Below are positions 31,032 to 43,000 of a stretch of DNA of 64,000 nucleotides, piece after piece. The translations under genes and the position numbers were made by a program. Each line of letters starts with the position of its first letter. Position 1 is the stretch's first letter. The notes under the pieces are model-generated. The model saw only the letters and a program-made list of their open reading frames with translations, made no database searches and was not told the DNA's origin. The stretch comes from an uncultured Eubacteriales bacterium (GTDB taxonomy: Bacteria > Bacillota > Clostridia > TANB77 > CAG-508). Where the stretch lies: positions 5,418 through 69,417 of the forward strand of contig CASEOS010000002.1 of the NCBI GenBank assembly GCA_949289635.1, written 5' to 3'.

Positions 31032-32624
31032 ATGAAATACATGCTAAGTGCAAATGGAGTAACCGTTAGATTTGGAAAAAGAGTCCTTTTCGAAGATGTC
31101 AATATAAAATTCGGAAAAGGAAATTGTTATGGGATTATTGGAGCAAATGGTGCAGGAAAATCTACTTTTTTAAAAGTATTATCAGGAGAGATAGAGCCAA
31201 GTAAAGGGGATGTTAGTTTAGATAAAGGAGAAAGATTATCTGTATTAAAACAAGATCACTTTGCTTTTGAAGAATATACCGTCATGGACACGGTTATCAT
31301 GGGAAATAAAGAGTTATATGACATTATGAAAGAAAAAGAAGCAATATATGCAAAACCAGATTTTTCAGAAGAAGATGGTATGAAGGCAGCAAAATTAGAA
31401 GAAAGATTTGCAGAATTAGATGGCTGGAATGCAGAATCAGATGCAGCTATTTTATTAAATGACTTAGGAATTATACCAGATAATCATTATAAATATATGA
31501 AAGAGCTTGAAGCAAAAGAAAAAGTAAAAGTATTATTAGCACAAAGCTTATTTGGAAACCCAGATGTTTTACTATTAGATGAGCCAACAAACGATTTAGA
31601 TATGAAAAGTATTAACTGGCTACAAGATTTCTTAATGGATTTTGAAAATACAGTGATTGTTGTATCACATGATAGATATTTCTTAAATAAAGTATGTACA
31701 CATATTGCAGATGTTGACTTTGGAAAGATAAAAGTATATCCAGGAAATTATGATTTCTGGTATGAATCAAGTCAATTAGCATTAAAACAAGCAAGAGAAC
31801 AAAATAAGAAAAAAGAAGAAAAGATAAAAGAATTACAAGAATTCATTGCCAGATTTAGTGCCAATGCTTCCAAATCAAAACAAGCAACTTCAAGAAAGAA
31901 AACATTAGAGAAAATTGAATTAGAAGAAATCAAACCATCTAATAGAAAATATCCTTATGTAGATTTTAAACCAGATAGAGAACCAGGAAGAGAAATCTTA
32001 CAAGTAAAAAATATATCTAAAACGATTGATGGTGTTAAATTACTAGATAAAGTTTCATTTGATGTAAAAGAAGGAAATAAAATTGCATTTTTAGCAGATA
32101 ATGAACTAGCAAAAACCGTATTATTCCAAATTATCGAAGGGGAAATGGAACCAGATGAAGGAGAATTAGTTTGGGGAACAACTATTACAAAATCATATTT
32201 CCCTAAGGATAACAACTATTTATTTGAAACAGATGAAAATATAACAGATTGGCTTAGAAAATATTCTAAAGATCCAGATGAAACTTATGTAAGAAGCTTT
32301 TTAGGAAGAATGTTATTCTCAGGAGATGAAGCATTAAAACAAGTAAGAGTATTATCGGGTGGAGAAAAAGTAAGATGTGTATTATCAAAAATGATGTTAT
32401 CAGGAGCAAACTTCTTAATATTTGATGAGCCAACAAACCATTTAGACATGGAAAGTATCACATCCTTAAATGAAGGAATGAAAAGATTTACAGGAAATAT
32501 TTTATTTACATCACATGACCATGAATTAACACAAACAGTTGCCAATAGAATCATTGATATAAAAGAAAATGGAAAAATTGTTGACAGAGAAATTACTTAT
32601 AATGAATATTTAGGAGTAGAGTGA
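31032..32624 (+). CDS. ABC-F family ATPase (YkpA/YbiT-like)
   Basis: Two ABC domains, GANGAGKST, DEPTN, YPGNYDFW linker. Confidence 0.95.
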   Translation: MKYMLSANGVTVRFGKRVLFEDVNIKFGKGNCYGIIGANGAGKSTFLKVLSGEIEPSKGDVSLDKGERLSVLKQDHFAFEEYTVMDTVIMGNKELYDIMKEKEAIYAKPDFSEEDGMKAAKLEERFAELDGWNAESDAAILLNDLGIIPDNHYKYMKELEAKEKVKVLLAQSLFGNPDVLLLDEPTNDLDMKSINWLQDFLMDFENTVIVVSHDRYFLNKVCTHIADVDFGKIKVYPGNYDFWYESSQLALKQAREQNKKKEEKIKELQEFIARFSANASKSKQATSRKKTLEKIELEEIKPSNRKYPYVDFKPDREPGREILQVKNISKTIDGVKLLDKVSFDVKEGNKIAFLADNELAKTVLFQIIEGEMEPDEGELVWGTTITKSYFPKDNNYLFETDENITDWLRKYSKDPDETYVRSFLGRMLFSGDEALKQVRVLSGGEKVRCVLSKMMLSGANFLIFDEPTNHLDMESITSLNEGMKRFTGNILFTSHDHELTQTVANRIIDIKENGKIVDREITYNEYLGVE

Positions 32625-32653
32625 TGATTTTAGGGACGGAGCAAAAAATCATC
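32622..32653 (+). repeat. Left 32-bp REP inverted repeat
   Basis: tgatgattttagggacggagcaaaaaatcatc; exact reverse complement at 34190-34221. Confidence 0.9.
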
Positions 32654-32766
32654 GTTTTCTCTGTTTGTTAAAAAACATCAAAGAATTAAATCAAATTGAT
32701 TTTAAGAATAAAGCAAGAAATCATATTTTTTTCATTTATTGGTAATCAGAAAAGGAGCTGAGTTTT

Positions 32767-33243
32767 ATGACCAGAGTGGATAAAATAAATTATTATTTAG
32801 ATATCGCAGAAAGTGTATCTGAAAGAGGGACTTGTCTTAGAAATAATTATGGAAGTATTATTGTAAAAAATGATGAAATCATCTCAACAGGATATACAGG
32901 TGCTCCAAGGGGAAGAAAAAATTGTATTGATTTGGGATATTGCACAAGACAAAAATATGAAATGCCAAGTGGAAAAGGATATGAAAGATGCAGATCTGTA
33001 CATAGTGAACAAAATGCCATTATTAGTGCTGCAAGAAAAGATATGATAGGTGCTACATTGTATTTAGTAGGAATTAATCAACGAAATGGGGAATATGTAA
33101 AAGATAATGAGCCATGTTCTTTTTGTAAAAGAATATTAATAAATGCGGGGATAAAAGAAGTAATTATGAGAGATGACAAAGAAAAATATAGAATAGCACA
33201 AGTACGAGATTGGATTGAACAAGATGATTCATTAGAATATTGA
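32767..33243 (+). CDS. dCMP deaminase family protein
   Basis: HSEQNA, PCSFC. Confidence 0.92.
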   Translation: MTRVDKINYYLDIAESVSERGTCLRNNYGSIIVKNDEIISTGYTGAPRGRKNCIDLGYCTRQKYEMPSGKGYERCRSVHSEQNAIISAARKDMIGATLYLVGINQRNGEYVKDNEPCSFCKRILINAGIKEVIMRDDKEKYRIAQVRDWIEQDDSLEY

Positions 33244-33371
33244 TATTTCAATTTTAACATGATTTTATCTGAATATTAAGTGATAATTTTTGTAAAAAGT
33301 CATCATAAGTACATAAGGAAAACATAAAAATGTAATATTTTAAAAATAGGGGTAAAAAACAAAGAAAGTGA

Positions 33372-34130
33372 GTGATTAAGATGCCAAGAATAGCACGTAA
33401 TTGTTTGGATACCTCTTTTTTTCATGTCATGGTACAAGGTATCAACAAAGAATATATATTTAAAAATAATCGATATATGAAGAGATATTTACAATTGATG
33501 AAAGAAAAATTAAATAGTGAAGAATTAGAAATGATAGCATATTGTGTAATGAATAATCATGCACATATATTAGTCAAAACAGAAGATATAAAAAAGTTAT
33601 CAAAATATATGCAAAAAGTTAATACTATTTATGCTCAATATTATAATTATATGGAGGGTAATCGAGTAGGATATGTATTTCGTGATAGATATAAAAGCGA
33701 ACCAATATTAGATAGAAGGCAATTAATACAATGTGTAAAATACATTCATAGAAATCCAGTAAAAGCAAATATGGTAAAAAATGAAAAACAATATCCATAT
33801 TCTTCATATCATTATTATTTAACAGGAGAAATTGAAAAAACAAATATATTTGCACATGAAGAGATTGAATATATTTGCAATATGGACTTTATTGATGAAG
33901 AAACATTTTTAGATATAGATACAAATATTGAGATGAAAATCGACAATTCCATTTCGGAATTTATTAAAAAAGAGCAAATAAAAGTATTTGAAATATTTGA
34001 AAAACGTGATATACTAAAGAAGTTGATAAGATATCTAAAAGAAGTAAAAAAAATAAAATATACAAATATCATGAAAAAATTAGATATTACAAAAGGGACA
34101 ATGGAAAGATTAAAAAATAAAATGGAGTAA
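33372..34130 (+). mobile_element. REP-associated tyrosine transposase (RAYT, Y1/HUH)
   Basis: MPRxAR, HVMVQG, YCVMNNHAH, YIHRNPVKA, YPYSSY; flanked by REP inverted repeats. Confidence 0.92.
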
Positions 34131-34189
34131 GAAAATGACTTTGAAAACTTGTGATTTTTGATTCGTTTCAAAATCATGTTGTTAGTAAT

Positions 34190-34221
34190 GATGATTTTTT
34201 GCTCCGTCCCTAAAATCATCA
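34190..34221 (-). repeat. Right 32-bp REP inverted repeat
   Basis: Exact reverse complement of 32622-32653. Confidence 0.9.
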
Positions 34222-34236
34222 GAAAGGAAATAAAGA

Positions 34237-36420
34237 ATGGATAAAATTATTAATACAATTGCAGAAGAATTAAATATTAAGCCAAAACAAGTAGAGGCTA
34301 CAATAAAATTAATTGATGAAGGGAATACCATTCCCTTTATTGCACGTTATAGAAAGGAAGTAACAGGAGGATTAAGTGACGAAATCCTTAGGGATTTAGG
34401 CGAAAGATTAAATTACTTAAGAAATTTAGAACAAAGAAAAGAAGAAGTTGTAAAATCAATTGATGAACAGGGAAAATTGACAGATGAAATTATGCAAGCA
34501 ATTGCTGTTTGTAAAACATTAGCAGAAGTAGAAGATATTTATAGACCGTATAAGCAAAAGAAAAAAACAAGAGCAACAGTCGCAAAGGCAAAAGGTCTAG
34601 AGCCATTGGCAAATATTATTATAGAACAAAAAGAAACAACACCAATTTTAGAAATGGCAAAAGAATATGTGAATATTGATACTTTGTCAGAAGAGGATAA
34701 AAAGAATAAGGATAAAGTAGTAGCCAGTCCAGAAGATGCTGTACAAGGAGCTTTAGATATTATTGCAGAAGATATTTCAGATAATAGTAAATACAGAAAA
34801 CAAATTAAAAGAATTTGTTATAGAGAAGGAGCTATCCAAACAAAGGCTTCAAAACCAGAAGAAAAATCAAATTATGAGATGTATTATGATTATCAAGAAG
34901 CGATAAAATACATACCAAGTCATAGAATATTGGCAATTAATCGTGGAGAAAAAGAGGATTTTCTAAAAGTAAAAATTGAAAAGCCAGAAGATAAAATACT
35001 AGCATATATGGAAAGAGATATAATAAAAGGTGAAACGCAATTTACCCTAATGCTAAAAGATACCATTTTAGATAGTTTTAAAAGATTAATTGAACCATCA
35101 ATTGATAGAGAAATTCGTTCAGATTTAACAGAAAAAGCAGAAGATAAAGCCATTAAAGTATTTGGAAAAAATTCGAAACAATTACTGTTAGGAGCACCAA
35201 TTAAAGGAAAAACAGTTATGGGATTTGATCCAGCTTATAGAACAGGTTGTAAAATTGCTGTTATTGATGAAACAGGAAAATTATTAGATTATACAACTGT
35301 TTATCCAACAGAACCTCAAAATGATGTAGAAGGTGCGAAAAAAGAATTATTAAAATTAATTGAAAAAGATAAAATCGATATGATAGCCATTGGAAATGGA
35401 ACAGCATCTAGAGAATCAGAAATGTTTGTAGCAGATATGATAAAAGAAGCATCAAGAGATGTTCATTATGTCATTGTTAGTGAAGCAGGTGCATCTGTAT
35501 ATTCTGCATCAAAACTAGCAACAGAAGAATATCCAGATATTAATGTATCTATCAGAGGAGCGATTTCCATTGCAAGACGTTTGCAAGACCCATTAGCAGA
35601 ATTGGTTAAAATTGATCCAAAAGCGATTGGTGTTGGGCAATATCAACATGATGTTAATCAAAAGAAATTACAAGAAAGTTTAACAGGTGTAGTAGAAGAT
35701 AGTGTTAACAAAGTAGGTGTTGATGTCAACACAGCGACCCCATCACTACTTTCTTATGTTTCAGGAATTAATAACACCATTGCGAAAAATATTGTGAAAT
35801 ATAGAGATGAAAATGGAAAATTAAAAAATAGAAAAGAATTATTAAAAGTTCCAAAGCTTGGAAAAGTTGCGTTTGAACAATGTGCAGGATTTTTAAGAAT
35901 ATTTGATGGAGATAATCCATTAGAAGTGACAGCCGTTCACCCAGAAAGTTATGAACCAACAGAGAAATTATTAAATCAATTAGGATTTGATAAAAAAGAT
36001 TTAAAAGATAAAGAAAAATTAGAAGAACTAAGAAAAAAATTAAAAAGTGTTAATGTTCTAGAAATGGCAAAAGAATTACATATAGGAGAAATGACATTAA
36101 CAGATATTATTGAAGAATTATCAAAACCAGGAAGAGATCCTCGTGAAGACATGCCAAAACCAATTTTAAGAAGTGATGTATTAAAATTAGATGATTTAAA
36201 AGAAGGAATGGTATTAACAGGAACTGTTAGAAATGTGATTGATTTTGGAGCATTTGTAGATATTGGTGTAAAACACGATGGATTGGTACATATTTCAGAA
36301 ATGAGTGACAAATTTATTAAAAATCCATCAGATGTCGTTTCTGTAGGAGATATTGTAAAAGTAAAAGTTATTAAAATTGATAAAGAAAGACAAAAAGTAG
36401 GACTTTCGATGAAACTTTAG
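34237..36420 (+). CDS. tex: Tex family RNA-binding transcription accessory protein
   Basis: PFIARYRKE, DPAYRTGCK, IGVGQYQHD, C-terminal S1 domain. Confidence 0.97.
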   Translation: MDKIINTIAEELNIKPKQVEATIKLIDEGNTIPFIARYRKEVTGGLSDEILRDLGERLNYLRNLEQRKEEVVKSIDEQGKLTDEIMQAIAVCKTLAEVEDIYRPYKQKKKTRATVAKAKGLEPLANIIIEQKETTPILEMAKEYVNIDTLSEEDKKNKDKVVASPEDAVQGALDIIAEDISDNSKYRKQIKRICYREGAIQTKASKPEEKSNYEMYYDYQEAIKYIPSHRILAINRGEKEDFLKVKIEKPEDKILAYMERDIIKGETQFTLMLKDTILDSFKRLIEPSIDREIRSDLTEKAEDKAIKVFGKNSKQLLLGAPIKGKTVMGFDPAYRTGCKIAVIDETGKLLDYTTVYPTEPQNDVEGAKKELLKLIEKDKIDMIAIGNGTASRESEMFVADMIKEASRDVHYVIVSEAGASVYSASKLATEEYPDINVSIRGAISIARRLQDPLAELVKIDPKAIGVGQYQHDVNQKKLQESLTGVVEDSVNKVGVDVNTATPSLLSYVSGINNTIAKNIVKYRDENGKLKNRKELLKVPKLGKVAFEQCAGFLRIFDGDNPLEVTAVHPESYEPTEKLLNQLGFDKKDLKDKEKLEELRKKLKSVNVLEMAKELHIGEMTLTDIIEELSKPGRDPREDMPKPILRSDVLKLDDLKEGMVLTGTVRNVIDFGAFVDIGVKHDGLVHISEMSDKFIKNPSDVVSVGDIVKVKVIKIDKERQKVGLSMKL

Positions 36421-36770
36421 GAAACTTTAGGGACGTGTCAAATCGTTCCAAAATGGAACAAAAGGGACAGACCTCCCCTGGGTAAGCCAGATATACATAT
36501 AATATAAAACCAATACACAATTTTGTATAAGCTAAATTTTCATAGAAATTATATAAGAAAAAAGTGAGCCTCTTTCATTGTTGCTTGTCAATCGTAAGCA
36601 AAATGAACATTCCTCACTTTTTTCTTTTACAATTTCTAAATTCAAATTTAGATACGCAAAATTGTTCCTTTCTTTATATTATATGTATATCTGGCTTACC
36701 CAGGGGAGGTCTGTCCCTTTTGTTCCATTTTGGAACGATTTGACACGTCCCTAAAGTTCCCTAAAGTTCC
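36411..36770. repeat. Long REPIN-like hairpin
   Basis: 86-bp perfect arms 36423-36508 / 36673-36758 plus imperfect inner stem. Confidence 0.9.
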
Positions 36771-37831
36771 GCTTTATATTTTTCTTGAATTTCTTTTATT
36801 TCATCAAAATGATTTTTTAAAATATCTAAAAATAAATCATCTAATTCTGGATCAAATTGTGTTCCTTTACATCTTTCAAACTCAGAAATAATGGTATTTA
36901 AATCTAAGGAATCACGATAAGCTCTTCTAGAAGCCATAGCATCAAAACTATCTGCAATTGCTGTGATTCTTGCTAAATATGGGATATTATTTCCTACAAG
37001 TTTTCCTGGGTATCCTGTTCCATCATATTTTTCATGATGATGTTCTACAATTGGTAAGATATCATCAAATATAGAGGCATTTGATAGAATATGGACACCA
37101 ATATTAGGATGTTGTTTAATTTGTGAATATTCTTCATCTGTTAATTTAGAATCTTTCAATAAAATACTATCAGGAACACCAATTTTCCCAATATCATGGA
37201 ATAATCCACCAATTTCTAGAGTATGTAATTCTTCTTCTGATAGGTTTAATTTTTTACCAATTAATACAGAGAATGCTGCTACTCTATCAGAATGACCTCT
37301 TGTATATTGATCTTTTGCTTCAATGGTATAACGTAAAGTTTTGATAGAATCTAAATATGCTTGTTCTAATTTCTCATAAGTATCAGATAATTTCATATTG
37401 ATTTCTTTTATTTCATTCATTTGTTTAATTGATTTAATACCTGATTCAATTAGTAAAAGTAATTGGTCAAATTTATCACTTTTTTCGCAATATCCTTGGA
37501 TATCTAATCTTCTAATGGTTTCTAAAGGTGGTGCTAAATCTTTATGTCCAGTTAACAATAAAATATATAAATCTTTATTAAATTTTCTGATTTCTTCGAC
37601 TACTTGATCTCCATGAAAAGGTGTCATGATAAAGTCTAAAACCATTAAATCAAAATGTTCTTCTTTTACAAGTTGAATAGCTTGCTCAGGGTCTGTAACA
37701 CCAGTAAAATCATATCCAGAACGCTTTAAAAATATAGATAGGGAATCTACAATACCTTCTTCATCATCTACGGCAAGAATTCTATAAGTATTATTTTCTA
37801 CATTTTCTATTCCTTGTATATGCTTTCTCAT
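36761..37831 (-). CDS. Response regulator with HD-GYP phosphodiesterase domain
   Basis: REC domain; YTRGHSDRV, HDIGK, HHEKYDGTGYP. Confidence 0.95.
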   Translation of the reverse strand: MRKHIQGIENVENNTYRILAVDDEEGIVDSLSIFLKRSGYDFTGVTDPEQAIQLVKEEHFDLMVLDFIMTPFHGDQVVEEIRKFNKDLYILLLTGHKDLAPPLETIRRLDIQGYCEKSDKFDQLLLLIESGIKSIKQMNEIKEINMKLSDTYEKLEQAYLDSIKTLRYTIEAKDQYTRGHSDRVAAFSVLIGKKLNLSEEELHTLEIGGLFHDIGKIGVPDSILLKDSKLTDEEYSQIKQHPNIGVHILSNASIFDDILPIVEHHHEKYDGTGYPGKLVGNNIPYLARITAIADSFDAMASRRAYRDSLDLNTIISEFERCKGTQFDPELDDLFLDILKNHFDEIKEIQEKYKAEL

Positions 37832-38075
37832 CTTTAAACCTCTCTTAATATTTGATTTTTCATTATTATATTAATAAAAAAAACAAAAATCAAGCTTTTT
37901 ATAGGATTTTTGTATGTTATTAAAGGAATTCTATTTTGATTATTTCAATAAAAAAATTTACTTAAAAGAATAAAATCTGATTGAAACTAAACCTTAATAA
38001 AATTTAAAAAAATGAAGAAAACGCAAATAAAATCAGGATTTTTTTAAGAAAATCCTGATTTTATATAATATTTTA

Positions 38076-40064
38076 TTAAAGTGGTAGTATGATTGTAAAT
38101 GTTGTACCTTTTCCTTCTTCTGATTCAAAAGTAATATCACCATTAAAATGTGCTTTTATGGTTGAGTAAGACATATATAATCCTAAACCAGTACCATTTT
38201 TTCCTTTTGTTGTAATCATTTCTTTAAATAATTTTTCTTGTACATTTTTTGGCATGCCACACGCATAATCTTTTATATGGATGTATACATTTTTATGATC
38301 ACTTTCTAATATTAATTCAATATTTTTATTCTTTTCTCCATTGTATGCTTGAATAGCATTAGAAATCATATTGTTAATTACTTGTACCAAACTATTAATA
38401 TCCCCATTGATAACAGTATGTTCATCTGTTTTCATAGAAATATTCAAATAAATAATAGCATTTTTTAATTCATGTTTCATCAAAATATTAACACGTTTTA
38501 CTAATTCATCAAGTGTAAAGTGAACAGAATCTGCTTCAGATAATGTAACAGCTTGTCCTTTAACAGCAGTAATAATATCTGACATATATTCAGTGTAATC
38601 TTTGATTTTAGAAGTCCATTCAGACATATCTCTAGCAATATCATGATGATCTTGTGCGTTTACATCAGGGTCATCAATAGAATCATTATATTCTTTAATT
38701 AAAGCATTTAAACCTTCGGTAGCTCCTGAGATTGACATGATAGGTGTTTTTAAGTTATGTGCAATACCACCAATTAATTGTCCTAAAGAAGCTAAACGTT
38801 CACTTTCCATTAAAGTTTCTTGGCTATTATGCAATTGATCTACATATGTTTTTGTTAATTTTTGAATTTCATTGAAAGAGGCTGTCAAGTCACCAATTTC
38901 ATCATTAGATGTAACAGGAAGATTATTGGCATAAATAACATCATCAGAGTTAGATATATGTTTCATTCCATTGATAACACTATTAATATCATTACTTAAA
39001 TCTCTACCTATGTAAAGAATAAATAAGCAATTAATAAAAATTAGTAATAAGGCAATGTAAATAAATGGAACAATGAAGTTATTACCAAATACAAAATAAC
39101 GAATACCAACATAACATTCGCCCATATTGGTATTGATTTTGATAACAGCACCTTCTCGATTTTGGCCATAATATTCATAAGTATATCCATCTGTCTCATC
39201 ATAGAAATTTAAAGTATATTTTATGAAAAAGTCATTTAATGTTTCAGGAGAGTAATATACTTCACCATCAGAAGCAGATATAATAACCGCATGATCACCT
39301 TCAGATTTAAATTCTATTGAATTTAAAATGTTTTCAACATCTGTGATATTATATACAGTTTCTTCATTAAAACTTGATAATAGTTCTTGTCTATAAAAGT
39401 GATATAATAAATCTCCTTTTTCTTTTGTCATAAGAGACATAGAAATCAATAAAATTAAGACAAAAGAATACAAAAATAGAGGTAATATTTGTATTAATAA
39501 TTTATTATATAAAGGTAATTTAACACCAGTTACTTCATTATGAGCTAGATTTGCAGTAGCAGATAATCGATTAGAAAAGAATTTTTTACTAATCATATAT
39601 GAAAATATTGCAAATACTGCTGTAAAAGAAAATATAACAGTTGTAATTCTTATAACTAATTCAGCTTCTGTATTGAAAGCAAAAAGTAATATGATAACAA
39701 TAATTGTTGGAATAAACATTTCTAACAAAAGCATCATATAAGGATAATTAAATGATTTTTTCCTTAGATTTTTTATATATTCAGGATTTTCAAGTTTTTC
39801 TTTAGAAAGAGAAAGTTTGCTATATAAAATCCTTAAAGTGATATATAAAAGTAGTGCTAAAATACATATAATTATAATAAATTGTGTAGTATAAGTTATA
39901 CCAACAATCTCAATCTGAAAATCATTATCAATTGAGTTTGGTGGATAATTTAATACAGAAGGTAGGGCAAAATACAAAACAGCAGCAATAATAAGAAGTA
40001 TCAGCGTATTTACTAATGCTAATTTTTTTTCATTATCAATATTAAAAATTTTAGCAAAATTCAT
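38076..40064 (-). CDS. Multi-TM sensor histidine kinase with HAMP
   Basis: IAHNLKTP, NMISNAI, GTGLGL. Confidence 0.93.
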   Translation of the reverse strand: MNFAKIFNIDNEKKLALVNTLILLIIAAVLYFALPSVLNYPPNSIDNDFQIEIVGITYTTQFIIIICILALLLYITLRILYSKLSLSKEKLENPEYIKNLRKKSFNYPYMMLLLEMFIPTIIVIILLFAFNTEAELVIRITTVIFSFTAVFAIFSYMISKKFFSNRLSATANLAHNEVTGVKLPLYNKLLIQILPLFLYSFVLILLISMSLMTKEKGDLLYHFYRQELLSSFNEETVYNITDVENILNSIEFKSEGDHAVIISASDGEVYYSPETLNDFFIKYTLNFYDETDGYTYEYYGQNREGAVIKINTNMGECYVGIRYFVFGNNFIVPFIYIALLLIFINCLFILYIGRDLSNDINSVINGMKHISNSDDVIYANNLPVTSNDEIGDLTASFNEIQKLTKTYVDQLHNSQETLMESERLASLGQLIGGIAHNLKTPIMSISGATEGLNALIKEYNDSIDDPDVNAQDHHDIARDMSEWTSKIKDYTEYMSDIITAVKGQAVTLSEADSVHFTLDELVKRVNILMKHELKNAIIYLNISMKTDEHTVINGDINSLVQVINNMISNAIQAYNGEKNKNIELILESDHKNVYIHIKDYACGMPKNVQEKLFKEMITTKGKNGTGLGLYMSYSTIKAHFNGDITFESEEGKGTTFTIILPL

Positions 40065-40079
40065 CTTTAGTTCCTCCTT

Positions 40080-43000
40080 TTAGGTATTATATTTTTTTAA
40101 GTAAAGTAAAATTTTATTAATGTAGTCTGGTTCTATTTGTGGCCAAGCTAAATTTAAAGAGTTCAATACGGAAATAGTATCTTCGCAATGAAGCGTTACT
40201 AAACTATTATTAACATTTTTTATATATGCAGTAATACCAAAATTATTTGCTTTACTATTAGATAAAGCAGTTTTAAAATCTGCAATACTAGAAAAATCTA
40301 TATTTGTTCCGCAGAAATTTAGCATTTTAATTAAATCGAATCCAGAAACATAATTATTATTATATAAATGATATATTTCTAAACTATGTTTTTGATTATA
40401 CATTAGTCGAACTATAAAATTTGCACAAATATCTACAGGTGAAAGTTCAAATTTAAAATCATGAAGTTCTCTAGGAAAAATTCCTATGTTTATAAATGAT
40501 TCTAGTCTATTAAAAAATGCATTATCATTATAATTTTCTTGAAATACACCATCTACATACCTATTTGTGATTGTTCCTAATCTATAGATACTAGCTATCA
40601 TTTCATTATTTTGGCAAGCTTCAATAATTGCTTTTTCTGCTTCAAATTTACTTCTAACATATACATTATCTTTAAAAGATTGACCAATATATAAATCGTT
40701 TTCTGTAAAATCTGCAGAAGGTGTTTTTACTAATCCATATCCAGATACAGACATGGTTGATATATAATGTAAAGGAATATTAAATTTCTTACAAAAAGAA
40801 ATCATCTTTTTAGCAGAATGAACATTGGTTTTATTAAAGATCTCGTAATTTCCATAATGTTTAACTAATGCAGCAGTATCAATGACACAATCACAAGTAG
40901 TTCCTAAGCGATTATATAAATCTTCTTCAATACCAAAATTAGCATCTAAAAGATTACCTTCTACAATTTTTATCCTGTATAAATATGGTTCTATATTAAC
41001 ATCAGGAAAATAAAAATTAAACTTTTTAATAAATCGGGCTAAGGGATTTACCAAATCTTTTTTTCTAATAACGCAAAAGATTTTACTAGAGGTAGTTGTT
41101 AATAAATAATATAATATATGAATTCCTAGAAATCCAGTAGCACCAAAAAGAATAATTCTTCTAAAATCTGTAGTTATTTCAATTGGTTTTTTAATTTCTT
41201 TGATAATCGGCATTTTTTCAATTAATACAGAAGTTTCTTTTGGTTGATCAATTAAAAGAAAATCGGCTAATTTTCTGATGGTTGGATATTCGTAAAAATC
41301 TTGTGTATTGATAGAGATGCCTTTACCATATAAAATAGATTGTGCTTTTATTAATAAAAGGGAATCTATATAATAATCAAATAAATTATCTTCTACACTG
41401 ATTTTGCTTTTTTGTTCTAATAATTCTGTGAAAATTTCCTGTAAAGTTTCTTCTAATTTATTTTGTGGTTTAACATATTTCGTATGTGATTTTTTTGGTA
41501 AAGGTAAGGCAGATTTATCTATTTTACCATTAATTGTTAGTGGCAGTTTATCTAATCTCATAAAATAATTTGGTATCATATAACTAGGTAATATCTTTTT
41601 TAAAAAACTAGATAAATCTTCTATTTCATTTTGAGATGTGTAATAAGCACATAAGAATTTATGGTCATCTAAAGTGATGACAGTAACATAAACATCTTTT
41701 ATATCAGGATGTGTCAGTAAAACAGATTGGATTTCTCCTAATTCAATACGATAACCATTTAATTTTACTTGAAAATCACTACGTCCTAAATATTCCATAA
41801 CACCATTAGAATGTAAAATAGCAAGGTCGCCTGTTTTGTAAATCTTTTCTCCTGTATAAAAAGGATGGTCTAAAAATTTTTCACGTGTTTTTTGTTCATC
41901 TGTATAGCCTAAAGCTAAGCAATCTCCACTAATAAACATTTCGCCAATATTGCCTAATGGAACAAGTTCTTGGTCATTATTTAAAAGTAAAATTTGCGTA
42001 TTATCTATTGGGTATCCAATAGGAACAGATGTATAAGTATCTTCTGGATGATACTCATAAATCATACATCCAACGGTTGCTTCTGTTGGTCCATATTCGT
42101 TATATATATGAATAGGATGAGAGAATAAAGAAGTGATTTTTTCACACATTTCTTTAGTTAAAATGTCTCCTCCTAAAATAAATTTACATACAATACTATT
42201 GCTTAAATCTAAATCTTGCAATAAAGTAAAATGTCCAGGTGTTAACTTTATAATTTGTACATGATTATCTTTAATCATTTCTTCTAACAATAATTGTGCA
42301 TTTTCATTTTGGTAAATATAAATAGAATTACCAGAACATAGTGGTGTATAAATAGAAGTTACGGTTAAGTCAAATGCAACAGAAGAAAACAAAGGGAAAT
42401 TGGTTTCTTCTCCATGTACATATTGTTTAATAGCCCAACGAATATAATTACTTAAACTTTTATGAGAAATTTGAACGCCTTTTGGATTTCCGGTTGAGCC
42501 AGAAGTATAGATAATATATGCTAAATCAGTCTCTTTTAGGTCATAATCTATATTATAAACATCATTTTTTTGATAATCAAAATTATCTAATGAAATTCTT
42601 AAGATAAGTTCTTTATCTATTTTTACAGATTTTAAGGTATTCATATGTGTTAAGATTAATTTTGCATTACTATTGTTTACAATATATTCAATACGTTCAT
42701 TTGGGTAATTAACATCAATAGGAATGTAACATACACCCAATTTTTGTGTAGCCAAGATACTAGCAACAAACTCAATAGAATCTGTAAAGGCTAAACAAAC
42801 AATATCCCCTGAATGAACGGAATATTCTTTTAGTTTTGAAGCAATGAGATTAGCTAATGTATTTAGTTCTTTGTAACTAAGAGAAATATCTTTATAGTTA
42901 ATAGCTAATTTATTAGGATTTTTTTGTAGTTGTTGTCTAAATAAATCATAAACAGAAATAAAAGTATCTGTATTTTTTTTATGATTGTATGTATCTAATA

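Noticed and set aside
36411-36770. Possible CRISPR array or IS
   Set aside because: Inverted rather than direct repeats, no spacers, no cas or internal transposase
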